From the NCBI RefSeq assembly GCF_044704955.1, contig NC_091999.1:17422001-17486000 (forward strand): DNA of 64,000 nt, given 5' to 3'. The notes under the pieces are model-generated. The model saw only the letters and a list, made by a program, of their open reading frames with translations, made no database searches and was not told the origin of the DNA. Of this stretch, positions 50,955-63,853 are shown one piece after another. Numbering within the stretch: position 1 is the first letter of the stretch; every line of letters starts with the position of its first letter. The stretch is from Pristiophorus japonicus (lineage: Eukaryota). Made by a program: the position numbers and the translations under genes.

Positions 50955-51839
50955 ATTCCTTAATTAAACATAGATTTTTCCAATCCTGCTCAGTGATACA
51001 CGATTCTCAAATGCTGAATCTCCAATTTTCTGTAACGATATGACACTCTGAGCCGATAATGAAATGAAATTGTGAAATGTATCTGTGTCGCTCGGTCTCT
51101 GCCGCTCTCTCTCTTTAGAGAGCTGTGTTTGTGTTTGTGTGTTTGAGTCTTTGTCTCTCTCAGTCTGCCTCTCTCTGACACACTCTGTCTGTCCCTGTTT
51201 CTCTGTTTGTCTCTGTCTCTCAATCTGTCTCTTTCTCACGGTGTCTAGTTCTGTTGCAAAGGGATTTTCTCAGACTCTCTGTCTGACTGTCTCTCTCTGT
51301 CCCATTATTTCTGTCTGTCCATGTCTTTGCCTGTCGCTGTTAGTCCCTGACTCTAACCTGATAAGTATTTCCATTATTTTCTGTTTTTGTCTCTATGACT
51401 CTTCTCCCTCTCTCTCTCTCTGTCTTTCTCTCTATTTGTCTCCCTCTTTGTCTCTCTCTTTGTCCCTGTCCTTTTCTCTGTCATTCCATCGCTATTTGCC
51501 ACCCTCTCTTTATGGAGCACGCAAATACATCTCTGTGTATGTATGTGTTTGAGTATTTTTCACATTCAGTCTGATCCTCCCTTTCAGACTCAAAGTTTAT
51601 GTCTCTCTTTGTCTCTATCTCACTGTCTGTCTATCCCTGTTTCCCTGTTTCACACACGCATCTGTAGGTGTTTGAGTCTTTTTCTCGCTGACTCTGACTG
51701 TCTTTTCAGTCTCACCCTTTCTGTCTCTCGTTGTCTCTCTCTCGTTGTCTGCCTATCCCTGTTTATCGGTTTGTCTCTGTCGATCAATGTTTCTGTCGAC
51801 TTCTGTTCACAGCTCGATTACTGCTCTGACGCAACCCGT

Positions 51840-51913
51840 TCCCTCGTCCATCTCGTGCCGATTATGCCCCCCTTTTACGCGGGAGAATCAGGTTCAATTC
51901 CCCGATGGAAAAG
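51840..51913 (+). tRNA. Highly decayed tRNA-Asp pseudogene
   Basis: Positional paralogue of 48719; retains ACGCGGGAGA..GGTTCAATTCCCCGA. Confidence 0.6.
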
Positions 51914-52862
51914 CAGCTTTTTCAAAATGTCGAATTTTACTTCTGTTTCTTGGTTTGGATTCATATTAAAAAGTTCCACAGCAATATAGAACAGTAAAAA
52001 TACAGCAAGAGGAGATTGCCTCTTACAGATCTTTTGCAAACGGAGACTTTTTCTGGACTCTGTGGCCGTCTGTTGCACAGAGATGGATGACTGAGTATTT
52101 TCTGTTTTTGTCTCTATGTCTCTCTCTCTCTTTCTGTCTTTCTCTCTATCTGTCTCCCTCTTTTTCTCTATCTTTGTCCCTGTCCTTTTCTCTGTCATTC
52201 CATCGCTAATTGCCTCCCTCTCTTTTTGGAGCACGCAAATACATCTCTGTGTATGTATGTGTTTGAGTCTTTTTCTCATTCAGTCTGATCCTCCCTTTCA
52301 GTCTCAAACTTTCTGTCTCTCTTTGTCTCTATCTCACTGTCTGTCTCTCCATGTTTCCCTGTTTGTCTCTGGTTCTGAATGTGTCTGTCTCTTTCTCACG
52401 GTGCCCAGTTCTGATCGAAAGGGATTCACTCAGTCTCTCTGTCTGACTGTCTCACTCTTTTCCATCATCTCTGTCACTCTATGTTTCTGCCTGTCTGTCT
52501 CTCTTTGCCTGTCGCTGGTAGTTTCTACCTCTAACCTGCTGAGTATTTCCATCATTTTCTGTTTATATCTGTCTCTCTCTCTATCTGTCGCTCTCTCTCT
52601 ATCTGTCTCTCTACTTGTCACTGTCTTTCTCTCACTCTTTCCCTCTCTCTATATATAGATCACACACACATATCTCTGTATATGTAGGTGTTTGAGTCTT
52701 TTTCTCACTGAGTCTGCCTCACTTTTCAGTCTCACCCTTTCTGTCTCGCGTTGTCTCTCTCTCTCGATGTCTGTCTATCCCTGTTTGTCGGTTTTTCTCT
52801 GTCGATCAATGTTTCTGTCGACTTCTGTTCACAGCTGGATTACTGCACTAACGCAACCCATA

Positions 52863-52934
52863 CCCTCGTCCGTATAGTGGTGATTATCCCCGCTAGTTAT
52901 GCGGGAGAACAGGGTTCAATTTCCCGACGGCGCA
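52863..52934 (+). tRNA. tRNA-Asp pseudogene
   Basis: CCTCGTCCGTATAGTGGTGATTATCCCCGC...GGGTTCAATTTCCCGACGG. Confidence 0.72.
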
Positions 52935-53152
52935 GTAGTTTTTTCAAAATGTCGAATTTTACTTCAGTTTCTTGGTATAGATTTTATTAAAATGTTCCAG
53001 AGCAATATAGAACAGTAAAAATACAGCAAGAGGAGATTGCCTCTTCCAGATTTTTTGCAAACGGAGACTTTTTCAGGATTCTGTGGCCGTCTGCTGCACA
53101 GAGATGGACGACTGAGTTTTTTCTGAGTAACATTTAATGTGCCAGAGACGCA

Positions 53153-53234
53153 GTAATTGTGGCAGAGTGGTTAAAGCGATGGACTAGAAACACTTTGGGT
53201 TTTCTGCGCGTAGGTTAGAATCCTGCCGACTACG
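53153..53234 (+). tRNA. tRNA-Ser(AGA) pseudogene
   Basis: GTAATTGTGGCAGAGTGGTTAAAGCGATGGACTAGAAA...AATCCTGCCGACTACG. Confidence 0.82.
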
Positions 53235-55708
53235 ATTGTCAACATTTTTCATTCCATTTTACAATTTAACCAGGTTTTGGCAAAACGGATCCTGAGATAG
53301 ATGGAATAACGTCCCACACCTTTCAACACTGACATTTTTTTCACATTTCTATTAGTCTGCAATATTCACGATACATACGGATAGAAAAATGCAAAAATCA
53401 GCCAAAGTCGTGATTCAGCCTGTCTATCCCTCGATATGTCTAAGGCATCTGTGTCTGTCCGTTGGTGCATGTATATTTTTGGTTATGTGTGTGTGTGTGT
53501 CTCTGTGTCTGTCTATCTGTATATATGTCTCTGTGTATGTGCAACTGTCTGTGGAAATCATCACCATGAATTTGGTATGTCCTGGAACTTTTTCAAAAGA
53601 CTTGGACAAAATAATACGTTTGTGAACTTTTGCATTGGCTTTGGTTCAGTGGCAGCATTCTCGAAGGAAAAACGCAAAGGCCAGCCAAAGTAGCGACAGT
53701 GACCCTGCCTGTCTATCCGTCTATTTGTCTAAGGCACTCTGTGTATATCTTGATCTGGGTGTCATGCTACATCTGTCATTGAAAGTGGGCATGCAAGTGC
53801 AACAGGCGGTGAAGAAGGCAAATGGCATGTTCCCCTTCATAGCTAGGTGCTTTGAATATAGGAGCAGGGAAGTCTTCCTGCAGTTGTACAGGGCCTTGGT
53901 GAAGCCACACGTTAAATATTCCGTTAGTTTTGGTCTCCAAATCTGAGGAAGGACGTCCTTGCTATGGATGGAGCACAGGGATGGTTCGCCAGCTTGATTC
54001 CAGGGAGGGCAGGACTAACATATGAGGCTAGACTGGATCAACTCTGCTGGTATCCACTGGAGTTTAGAAGAATGAGAGGGGATCTCATAGAAACATATAA
54101 AATTCTGACGAGATTGGACAAGTGAGAGGCAGGAAGAATGTTTCTGTTGCTGGGGAGTTCGAGAACCAGGGGTCACAGTCTAAGAATAAGGGGTAAGCCA
54201 TTTAGGACCAAGATGAGGAGAAACAGCTTCATTCAGAGAGTGGTTAACCTGTGGAATTCTCTACCGCAGTAAGTTGTTGAAGCCAGTTCGTTAGATATAT
54301 TGAAGAGGGAGTCAGATATGGCCCTTACGGCTCAAGGGATCAAGGGATATGGAGAGAAAGGAGGATATAGGTACTGAGGTTGAATGATCAGCCATGATCT
54401 TATTGAATGGTGGTGCAGGCTCGAAGGGCCAACGGCCTACTCCTGCAACTAATTTCTATGTTTCTATGTTTCTATGTTGATGCGTGTATATTTTTGGTTA
54501 TTTTATGTGTGTGTGTGTCTGTGTATGTCTATCTTTTTGTATGTCTCTGTGTATGTGCAACTGTCGATGGAAATCATCACCAAGAATTTGGTATGTCCTG
54601 GAACTTTTTAAAAAACTTGTGGAAAATAATACGGTTGTGATCTTTGGTATCGGCTTTGTTTCAGTGGCTCCATTCAAAAGGTCGTGTGTGTAAATCCCTC
54701 TCCTGAGACTTGAGCGCATCATCTTGGCTGACACTCAAATGCAGTACTTAGGGAATTTTGCACCTCTTTTATGTCTTTCTCTCTCTATATGTCTATAAAT
54801 GTCTTAATCTTACTCCCTCGATTCAAATCTAGATCATTGATATATACCACAAAAATCAAGGGACCCATGACTGAGCCCTGCAGAACCCCACTGGAAACAT
54901 CCTTCCAGTCAAAAAACATCCATCATTCATTAGCCTTTGCTTCCTACCTCAAAGGCAATTTTGGATCCAACTTGCTACTTTGCTCTGGATCCCATGGGCT
55001 TTAACCTTCGTGACCGGTCTACCATGTGGGATCTTATCAAAAGCTTTGCTAAAGGCCAAATACACTACATTGTATGCAGTACCCTCATCGACCCTCTTGG
55101 TTGAATTTTGTGAGGAGGTAATCAGGTTAGTGAAACACGATCTTCCCTTTACAAATCTCTGCTGACTGTCCCTAATTAGTCCTTGCCTTTCTAAATGTAG
55201 ATTTATCCTCCAATAATTTTCAAATAATTTCCCACCACTGAGGTTAGGCTGACAGGCCTGTAATTACTCGGCCGATTCCTTTCTCCCTTCTTAAACAAGG
55301 GTACCACATTAGCAGTCCTCTGGCACCATGCCCAAATCCAAATAGGACTGGAAAATGATGGTCAAGGGATCTGCTATTTCCTCTTTTACTTCACTCAACA
55401 GCCTGGGATGCATTTCATCTGGGCCTGGGGAATTTTCTACTTCCAAAGCTGCTAAACCCCTTAATAATCCTCTCTCACTGTTTATTTCATCCAGAATTTC
55501 AAACTCCTCCTCGATAACAGTATCTGCATTGCCTCTTTCCTTTGTGAAAACAAGATGCAAAGTATTCATTAAGAATCATAACAACATCTTCCGCCTCCAC
55601 ACAAAGATTACCTTCATGGTCTCTAATAGGCCCTACCCTTTCTTTAGTTATCCTCTTGCTCTTAATATATTTATCGAATTTCTTTGGGCTTTCCTTAAGT
55701 TTACTAAC

Positions 55709-55974
55709 TGTTAAGTCCTGACTCTAATGTACTGATTTACACAAGACACATGCTGAAGTCAAGGTCACTCAGGACCTGCACCTTTAATTCCAGGTCTCCA
55801 GTGCTGCACTTGCCTGAGATCTCCCTTTATATACCTCAGTGGGACAGGTATGGAATGTCTCCTGCAAGTGCACCCCTGGTGGTAAGGTATGCTTATTGTT
55901 ACAGGTCATATCCAGTTACAGTCATGTATAGCATGGTAAGATATAGTTATACACAGTAATGTGAGATACATGCA
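55709..55974 (-). repeat. Gypsy 3' LTR with adjacent polypurine tract (GGGGGAGGGTGA on minus strand, 55975-55986)
   Basis: TG...CA ends; matches 61272-61538. Confidence 0.93.
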
Positions 55975-56322
55975 TCACCCTCCCCCAAGGTCTTATTGCC
56001 TTTATAGATTCAGTCTCTCGGGTGGTCTGCGCTCTCTCGTGGAGCGGCTTTGTAGTGGTTCAGTTGTTTGCCTTGGTGCCTGTTTTTCGTTCGGTGTGAT
56101 TCATGGTATCTCGCCTGGGCTGTCTGTTGAGACTGCCCTTTCTTCAGGTTGTTCCACCTGTCTGTCCACCAGGTGTGGTGTGAGTTCCATTTGATAGTCT
56201 GCCTCTGGTTCTTCAGTGTTATCAGTGAATCTACTTTTTACTTGGTCTACATGCCTCCACCAGGTTTGGCCATTGTCCATTTGTACAACCAGTAGCCTGT
56301 TTCCCTCTTTGTCTGTTACTGT

Positions 56323-57439
56323 TAAGGTGCTGACATGGATTGAGATCTGGTTGTCAGACAGGAAGCAAAGAGTAGGGGTAAATGGGGACTTTTCAGAATG
56401 GCAGGCAGTGACTAGTGGGGTACCGCAAGGTTCTGTGCTGGGGTCCCAGCTGTTTACACTGTACATTAATGATTTAGACGAGGGGATTAAATGTCGTATC
56501 TCCAAATTTGCGGATGACACTAAGTTGGGTGGCAGTGTGAGCTGCGAGGAGGATGCTATGAGGCTGCAGAGCGACTTGGATAGGTTAGGTGAGTGGGCAA
56601 ATGCATGGCAGATGAAGTATAATGTGGATAAATGTGAGGTTATCCACTTTGGTGGTAAAAACAGAGAGACAGACTATTATCTGAATAGTGACAGATTAGG
56701 AAAAGGGGAGGTGCAAAGAGACCTGAGTGTCATGGTACATCAGTCATTGAAGGTTGGCATGCAGGTACAGCAGGCGGTTAAGAAAGCAAATGGCATGTTG
56801 GCCTTTATAGCGAGGGGATTTGAGTACAGGGGCAGGGAGGTGTTGCTACAATTGTACAGGGTCTTGGTGAGGCCACACCTGGAGCATTGTGTACAGTTTT
56901 GGTCTCCTAACCTGAGGAAGGACATTCTTGCTATAGAGGGAGTGCAGCAAAGGTTCACCAGACTGATTCCCGGGATGGAGGGACTGACCTATCAAGAAAG
57001 ATTGGATCAACTGGGCTTGTATTCACTGGAGTTCAGAAGAATGATAGGGGACATCATAGAAACGTTTAAAATTCTGACGGGGTTAGACAGGTTAGATGCA
57101 GGAAGAATGTTTCTAATGTTGGGGAAATCCATAACCAGGGGACACAGTCTAAGGATAAGGGGGAAGCCATTTAGGACCGAGATGAGGAGGAATTTCTTCA
57201 CCCAGATAGTGGTGAACCAGTGGAATTCTCTACCACAGAAAGTTGTTGAGGCCAATTCACTAATTATATTCAAAAAGGAGTTGGACGAAGTCCTTACTAC
57301 TAGGGGAATCAAGGGGTATGGTGAGCAAGCAGGAATGGGGTACTGAAGTTGCATGTTCAGCCATGAACTCATTGAATGGCGGTGCAGGCTAGAAGGGCCG
57401 AATGGCCCACTCCTGCACCTATTTTCTATGTTTCTATGT
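56323..57439 (+). mobile_element. Young 5'-truncated CR1 inserted in the Gypsy integrase C-terminus
   Basis: Open RT frame to 57346; Gypsy frame WLAGT|VTDKEG restored on removal; TGT shared at both junctions. Confidence 0.95.
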
Positions 57440-60400
57440 CCCTGCAAGCCATTTGGGACCCCGGCCATAGTTTAGCACAAACACTTTGTCCCCTATTTCA
57501 TTCCACCTCCCCTTCGAATTTCGGTCATGGTACTCAGTTACCTTTTGCCGCATAGCCTCAATAATTTCATGCATGTCTGGGAGCTCTTTAAGGTTCGTTT
57601 CATCAATAGTTGCATGGGGGGAACCCCAGTCAACGAATGCGGACAAGATCTGTATGCCAGCAGCAGTTGTGACAGGCGGCTCTACAGCGTGGGAACTTGG
57701 ATTATGAGCATGCCTTGTTTAATGATCTGCACTGCACGCTCTGCCTGGCCATTGGAGGCCGGCTTGAAAGGTGCCGTCGTGAAAGGTGCCGTCGTAACGT
57801 GATTTATACCGTGGTCAACTATAAAATTGTGAAATTCTGCGCTAGTGAAGCACGAACCATTATCACTGACCAATATATCAGGAATGCCGTGCGTTGCAAA
57901 CATGGTTCTAAGGCTCTCCACAGTGGTGGAGGTGGTGCTCGATTTTAAAATGGTGCACTCGATCCATTTTGAAAATGTATCAACGACTGCAAGGAACATT
58001 TTGCCCATGAATGGGCCTGTATACTCTACATGTACCCGCGACCACAGTTTGGTGGGCCAGGGGCTTAGGGGGGCCTTCCTGGGAGCATTACTAAGTTGGG
58101 CACAAATGGAGCACCGACGGATGCAGAGCTCCAAGTCCGCATCAATGCCAGGCCACCAGACATGAGATCTGGCTTTGGCCTTCATAAGGACGATCCCCGG
58201 GTGCTCGCGATGGAGCTCCTGGACAAACGCCTCCCTGCCTCATAAAGGCATAACTACTCGGCTGCTCCACATCAGGCAGTCTGCCTCTAGTGAGAGTTCA
58301 TGCATGCGCCTACGGAAGTGTTTGACCACCTCGGGGCAGGCATCGTGAGCCTCTGCCCAGTCATCGGTTAAAATGCATCTTTTAACTAGAGATAACGTGG
58401 GGTCGCTGGTCGTGCAGGCTCTGATTTGGCGAGCCGTAATGGGCGAACCTGTGGATTCAAAGGCATTGATTGACATGACCATCTCACAGTCCTGTTTGTC
58501 GTACCCTTCTGTGGTCGCCGGGGTAGCCTGCTAACCATGTCGGCACAGTTGTCTGTGCCTGGTCTGTGCCTTATCGTGTAGTCGTAAGCCACTGAATGCG
58601 CCCCGAGGTGTTGCCGTTGATCGCCTTGCACTCGGATAGTAGGGACGTGAGAGGTTTGTGGTCAGTTTCTAATGCAAACTTTGCCTCGGAAAGGTATTGG
58701 TGCATCTTTTTGACACCGTACATGTACGCGGGCGCCTCCTTCTCAAGCATACCGTACGTGCGCTCCGCCCGCGAAAATGACCTGGAGGCATAAGCAGCGC
58801 GCTGCAATTTACCCACATCATTGACATGCTGTAAAACGCACCCGATCACATATGCTGATGCATCACACGTAAGGACTAACTTTTTACATGTGTCAAAAAA
58901 GGCTAAAACACTCTTGGAACATACAGTTGCGTGCCTTATTGAAGCGTCTTGGGCGTCTCCGCAAAACCAATTGCACCCCTTTCTGAGTTGCACATGGAGA
59001 GGCTCCAGCAGCGTGCTCAATTTCTGCATAAAGTTCCCAAAGTAATTGAGTAGCCCGAGAAAGGCACGCAGTTTCGAGACATTCCGGGGCCTGGGTGCCA
59101 GGCGAATCGCTTCGGTTTTGGATTCGGTTGGGCAGATTCCATCAGCGGCAATCCTTCTGCCCAAAAATTCAACCTCAGGCGTGAAAAACAGACACTTGGA
59201 TTTCTTAACTCTTAGGCCTACCCGATCCAATCGAGTTAGTACTTCCTCAAAATTGCGGAGGTGAGGGTAGGTGTCCCTGGTCGTGATGAGTATGTAATCT
59301 TGAAACACAACCATCCCCGGGATGGACTTGAGCAGACTTTCCATGTTGCACTGGAATATAGCAGCTGCCGACCTGATGTCGAAGGAGCATCGATTGCACA
59401 CAAAAAGGCCTCGATGTGTGTTGATGGTGGTGAGTAGCTTAGACTCTTCCGTCAGTTCTTGCGTCATATAAGCAGATGTGAGGTCAAGTTTCGAAAAAAG
59501 TTTTCCTCCAGCCAACGTGGCAAATAGGTCCTCGGCTCTGGGCAGCGGGTATTGGTCCTGTAGGGAGACTCTGTTTATGGCAGACTTGTAATCCCCACAG
59601 ATTCGCACGGATCCATCAGGCTTCATGATGGGGATGATGGGGCTTGCCCAGTCACTGAATTCCACGGGAGAAATTATGCCTTCCCGCAGAAGCCGGTCCA
59701 GTTCTTTTTCAATCTTTTCCCTCATCACATAAGGCACAGCTCTAGCCTTGTGATGGACCGGTCTGGCATTCTGTGTGATGTAGAATCTAACTTTAGCCCC
59801 TTTGAAGGTGCCCACACCTGGCTGAAAGAGATGTTCAAAACGGCTTAGAACTGTTGAGCAGGAGGTCCATTCCTCTGACGACATGGCGTGAACATCATCC
59901 CATTTTCAATTAAGTTCTGCTAGCCAACTTCTCCCCAACAGGTCTGGGAGATCCCCGGGGACAATCCACAGGGAAAGTTGGTGCACCATCCCTTTGTGTG
60001 TGACTGAGAGCCTGGCGCTGCCAAGGACTGGGACGATTTCTTTAGTATAGGTCCTTAGTTTGGTGTCGATCTTTGTGAGTTTTGGTCTGTTACTTTTGTG
60101 CAGCCACAGCTGTTCAAATTGTTGAACGCTTATGAGGGATTGACTGGCCCCCGTGTCCAGTTCCATGTTGATGGGTATCCCGTTGAGTAGAACCCTCATC
60201 ATAATTGGAGGCGTCTTGGTGTAAGAACAGTGGACGTTGATCATGTTAACCCCCTGTACCTCGGCGTCCCGTGCACTGTTCCAACCGTTTTCTGGTCCGC
60301 TTTCCGACCTTTCCGATTCGTATACAAGCCGAGCTGCTGTTTTTCTGCACATGCGAGACAGATGCCCTGTGTAGTTGCAGTTTCTGCAAACGGCATGCTG

Positions 60401-61252
60401 AAATCGACACCCCCTGGTTGAGTGCCTGCCCCCACATCTCCAACACAGACCGTTTCCATTGTTTCTGAAGGATGAGCTGCATCTGGCTGATCTCCCTTGA
60501 GCTTCTCTCAATCTGTTGTTGATTGCTCGCATTGTGGGTTGATGAGGTGTGATTGGCCGTTCATGTGGCCCTTGATTTTGATGGCTTCTGGCGCCACTGT
60601 CTGCTGTTGAAAGCCTGCTCTCCTGCCTTTGTCTGTATGTGGGGGTAGCGATTTGTTTCACAATTTGAACCCCTTGTTCTGATGCCTCATTGGTTGTCGT
60701 ACCTGAATTATAGATCAGCCTCCTTTCTTCTTCGCCTGCCAAGAACGTCTGTGCGACCAGTGCTGCTGCCTCTAGAGTCAAGTTATTAGTCTCTATAAAC
60801 TTTTGGAATATGCCTGCGTGGCCTATTCCTTCAATAAATAAGTCTCTCAGTACTTCTCTCCTTAGTTTATCGGGGAACTCACATGAATTAGCCAGCCTCT
60901 GAAGTTCCGCCACAAAGTCGGGTATTCTTTGGCGCACACAGCGTCTGTATTTGTAGAACCTATGTCTGGCCATGTGTAGGCTGCTCGCTGGCTTCAGATG
61001 GTCTCTCACCAGTGTGCTCAACTCCTCAAACGACTTGCTTGCCGGTTTCTCGGGTGCAGGTCTTTTATTAAAGCGCATGTTTTCGAGCCACAGCTGGTCA
61101 AGAGATGGGCTCTTCTCTTGTATGCCTTATCGTCGCCCAACCAGTCTTTGGTCACAAAGCTTTGCTGGAGCCTTTCTATAAAGTCATCCCAATTGTCTCC
61201 AGCATTGTATTTCTCATTTGAGCTGTTGGTAGCCATTCTGTGGATTCTGTGA

Positions 61253-61270
61253 TCCTGTAACTCATCGCCA
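61253..61270 (-). promoter_or_regulatory. Primer-binding site, tRNA-Ser(GCT)-type
   Basis: TGGCGATGAG just inside the 5' LTR; 9/10 to TGGCGACGAG, the complement of the tRNA-Ser(GCT) 3' end plus CCA. Confidence 0.7.
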
Positions 61271-61271
61271 C

Positions 61272-61538
61272 TGTTAAGTCCTGACTCTAATGTACTGACT
61301 TACACGAGACACAGGCTGAAGTCAAGGTCACTCAGGACCTGCACCTTTAATTCCAGCTCTCCAGTGCTGCACTTGCCTGAGACCTCCCTTTATATACCAC
61401 AGTGGGACAGGTATGGAGTGTCTCCTGCAAGTGCACTCCTGGTTGTAAGGTATGCTTTTTGTTACCGGTCATATCCAATTACTGTCATGTATAGCATGGT
61501 AAGATACAGCTATATACAGTAATGTGAGATACATGACA
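61272..61538 (-). repeat. Gypsy 5' LTR (267 bp)
   Basis: Minus-strand TATATAAA and ATTAAA signals; about 16 substitutions and 1 indel versus the 3' LTR by eye. Confidence 0.93.
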
Positions 61539-63584
61539 CTAACCAAGTATTTTTCATGCTCTGTCTTAACATTCCTAATATCCTTTTTAATTTTACCTCT
61601 TAATTTTCTATATTCCGCCAAAGATTCGACAGTATTTAGCCATTGGTGTATGACATAAGCTTCCCGTTTTTTCTTTACCCTCGCCTGTAAGTCCCTAGAC
61701 ATCCAGCGGGTTCTAGAATTGTTATTCCACCCTTTTTCTTTAAAGTCACATGTTTGGCCTGAGTCTTCCAGACCTCCTCCTTGAATGTTTCCAACTGTTC
61801 CGACACTGATTTACCTACAAGTAGCAGTTTCCAGTCCACTGTGGCCAAATCACTCCTCAACTTAGCTTTTCCCCAATTTGGGACATTTATTCGAGGCCTA
61901 TCCTTGTCCTTATCCATAACTAACTTGAATCTGACTGAATTATGGTCACTGGCACCCAAGTGCTCTCCCACGAATACACCTTCAACCTGCCCAGCTTCAT
62001 TCCCCAAAACTAAATCCAAAACCGCCCCCTCTCGTGTTGGGCTTGTTACATACTGACTAAAAACGTTCTCTTGAATGCAGTTGAAGAATTCCGTACCCTC
62101 TATACCCTTCGCACTATATTTGTCCCAATTAATATTAGGATAGTTAAAATCCCCTACTATTAGTGCCCTAAGGTTTTTGGACTTCACAGCAATTTGCCGA
62201 TATATTTGTTCCTCTATCTCCCTCTATCTCCCTCCCACTGTTTGAGGGTCTATAATACACGGCCAGCAGTGTGATCACCCATTTTTTATTTTTAAATTCG
62301 ATCCATGTGGCCTCATTTGATGATCTCTCTTAACTATCCCTCCTCACCGCTGTAATAAATTCTTTAATCGATACCGCGAAATTCTTTTTACCCCCCTCTC
62401 TCTCTTGTCTAAAAATCCTGTAACCAGGAGTATTGATCTGCCAAATCTGCCCCTCTTTCAGCCATGCCTCTGTAATGGCTATAATATAATCCTCCCAAGT
62501 ATCTACCTGTACTCTTTGCTCATCTGCCTTACTCGCTATACTCCTTGCATTAAAGTATATACCATTTAGCACAGGAACCCCTCCTTGATTGCTACTTACT
62601 AACCCTTGTTTCCTCTGTTTTACAGATTCGATTTCTAAATTCTTGCTATCCAATTTCTGCTTTACTTCCTTCCCTATTGAATGTTTTCTCAGGTTCCAAT
62701 CCCCCTGCCAAGCTAGTTTAAACTCTCCCCAACAGCACTAGCAAAGCTCCCTGCGAGGATATTGGTCCCGGCACTGTTGAGGTGCAACCCGTCCTGTTTG
62801 TACAGGTCCCATCTCCCCCAGAAAAGGTCCCAATCCCTCAGTAATTTAAAGCCCTCCCTCCGACACCAATCCTTCAGCCACGCGTTCATTCTCTCGCTCC
62901 TTCTATTCTTGTGCTCATTAGCACGTGGCACTGGTAGTAATCCAGAGATTACTACCTTTGAGGTCCTACTCATTAATTTTCTTCCTAGCTCCCCAAATTC
63001 TGCCTGTAGGACCTCATCCCTGTTTCTACTTATGGTGCTGGTGCTGATATGGACCATGACCTCTAGCTGTTTACCCTCTTTCCCTCCCCCAGAATTCCCT
63101 GCGTCTGCTCTGTCACATCCCTGACCCTGGCACCACGGAGGCACCATACCATTCTGGAGTCACGTCTGCGGCCACAGAAACGCCTCTCTGCTCCCCTAAC
63201 TATAGAATCTCCAATCACGACAGCTCTTTTATTCTTCGTGTTTCTCCCCTGTGCAGCTGAGCCACCCATGGTGCCTTGGAATTGGCTCGAGCTGCACACC
63301 CCAGAGGCACCATTGCCCTCACCGATGCTCAGAAGTGAATATCGGTTTGAAAGAGAGGTGGACTCACGGGGGCACTCCTGCACTACCTGCCGAGCGTTCT
63401 TACTCTGTCTGGTGGTCACCCACTTCCCCGCTGCCTGCACGCTTTTAATCTGTGGGGTGACCATCTCCTAAAAGGTGCTATCCACGGAGCTCTCAGCCTC
63501 GCGGATGCACCGTATTGAGTCCAGCCGCCGCTCATGCTCCGAAACATGGAGCTCGAGTAGTTGAAGCTGGAGACTCCTCCTACA

Positions 63585-63852
63585 CAGTCACTGACACCAA
63601 TTTCATCCTGTCTGATAATAAAACCACCCCACAGTAACTGACACCAATCCCCTGCTGTCTGATATGAACCCACCCCACAGTTACTGACACCAATCCCCTC
63701 CTGTCTGATATAAACCCACCACACAGTCACTGACACCAATCCCCTCCTGTCTGAAATAAACCAAATCCACAGTCACTGACACCAATCCCCTCCTGTCTGA
63801 AATAAACCCACCCCACAGTAACTGACACCAATCCCCTCCTGTCTGATATAAA
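63585..63852. repeat. 6 x 46-bp minisatellite
   Basis: CTGACACCAA at 63591, 63638, 63684, 63730, 63776, 63822. Confidence 0.9.
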
Positions 63853-63853
63853 C

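Larger units (their letters stand above)
43345..54760 (+). repeat. Tandem tDNA array, ~3 diverged units (starts ~43345, ~47320, ~50738)
   Basis: Shared unit start GCACCCGTGTCAATAT.AC.AAAAATGTTC; each unit has tRNA-Leu, CT-rich spacer, tRNA-Asp, tRNA-Ser, CR1 3' piece and Deu-SINE 5' piece. Confidence 0.9.
55709..61538 (-). mobile_element. Complete but decayed Gypsy/Ty3 LTR retrotransposon (Mag-like, single gag-pol)
   Basis: Paired LTRs, 5-bp TSD CTAAC (55704-55708, 61539-61543); gag with CWRCGGRH..C and CRNCNYTGHLSRMC, protease LDTGA, RT (VRICGDYK, FQDYIL), RNase H (CDAS, TDHKPL), integrase (HPG..MK, SDNG, SNGQAER). Confidence 0.95.
54765..63580 (-). mobile_element. Long CR1 LINE with ORF1 (SGNH esterase) and ORF2, split by a Gypsy insertion (pieces 61539-63580 and 54765-55708)
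   Basis: RAVVIGDSIVRG..CLRGARV, VVISGLLPV, DGLHLN (ORF1); FNARSI, IIAITEAWL, GDFN, LDLVL, SDH (EN); SPGPDEMHPRLL and AFDKIPH (RT). Confidence 0.88.

Noticed and set aside
43675-52990. Ser/Leu/Cys-rich ORFs in the tDNA spacers
   Set aside because: Translations of (CT)/(GT)-rich low-complexity DNA.
56216-57346. 376-aa ORF as a novel gene
   Set aside because: Chance fusion of antisense Gypsy sequence with the inserted CR1 RT frame; likewise 1868-2881 starts in RTE sequence.
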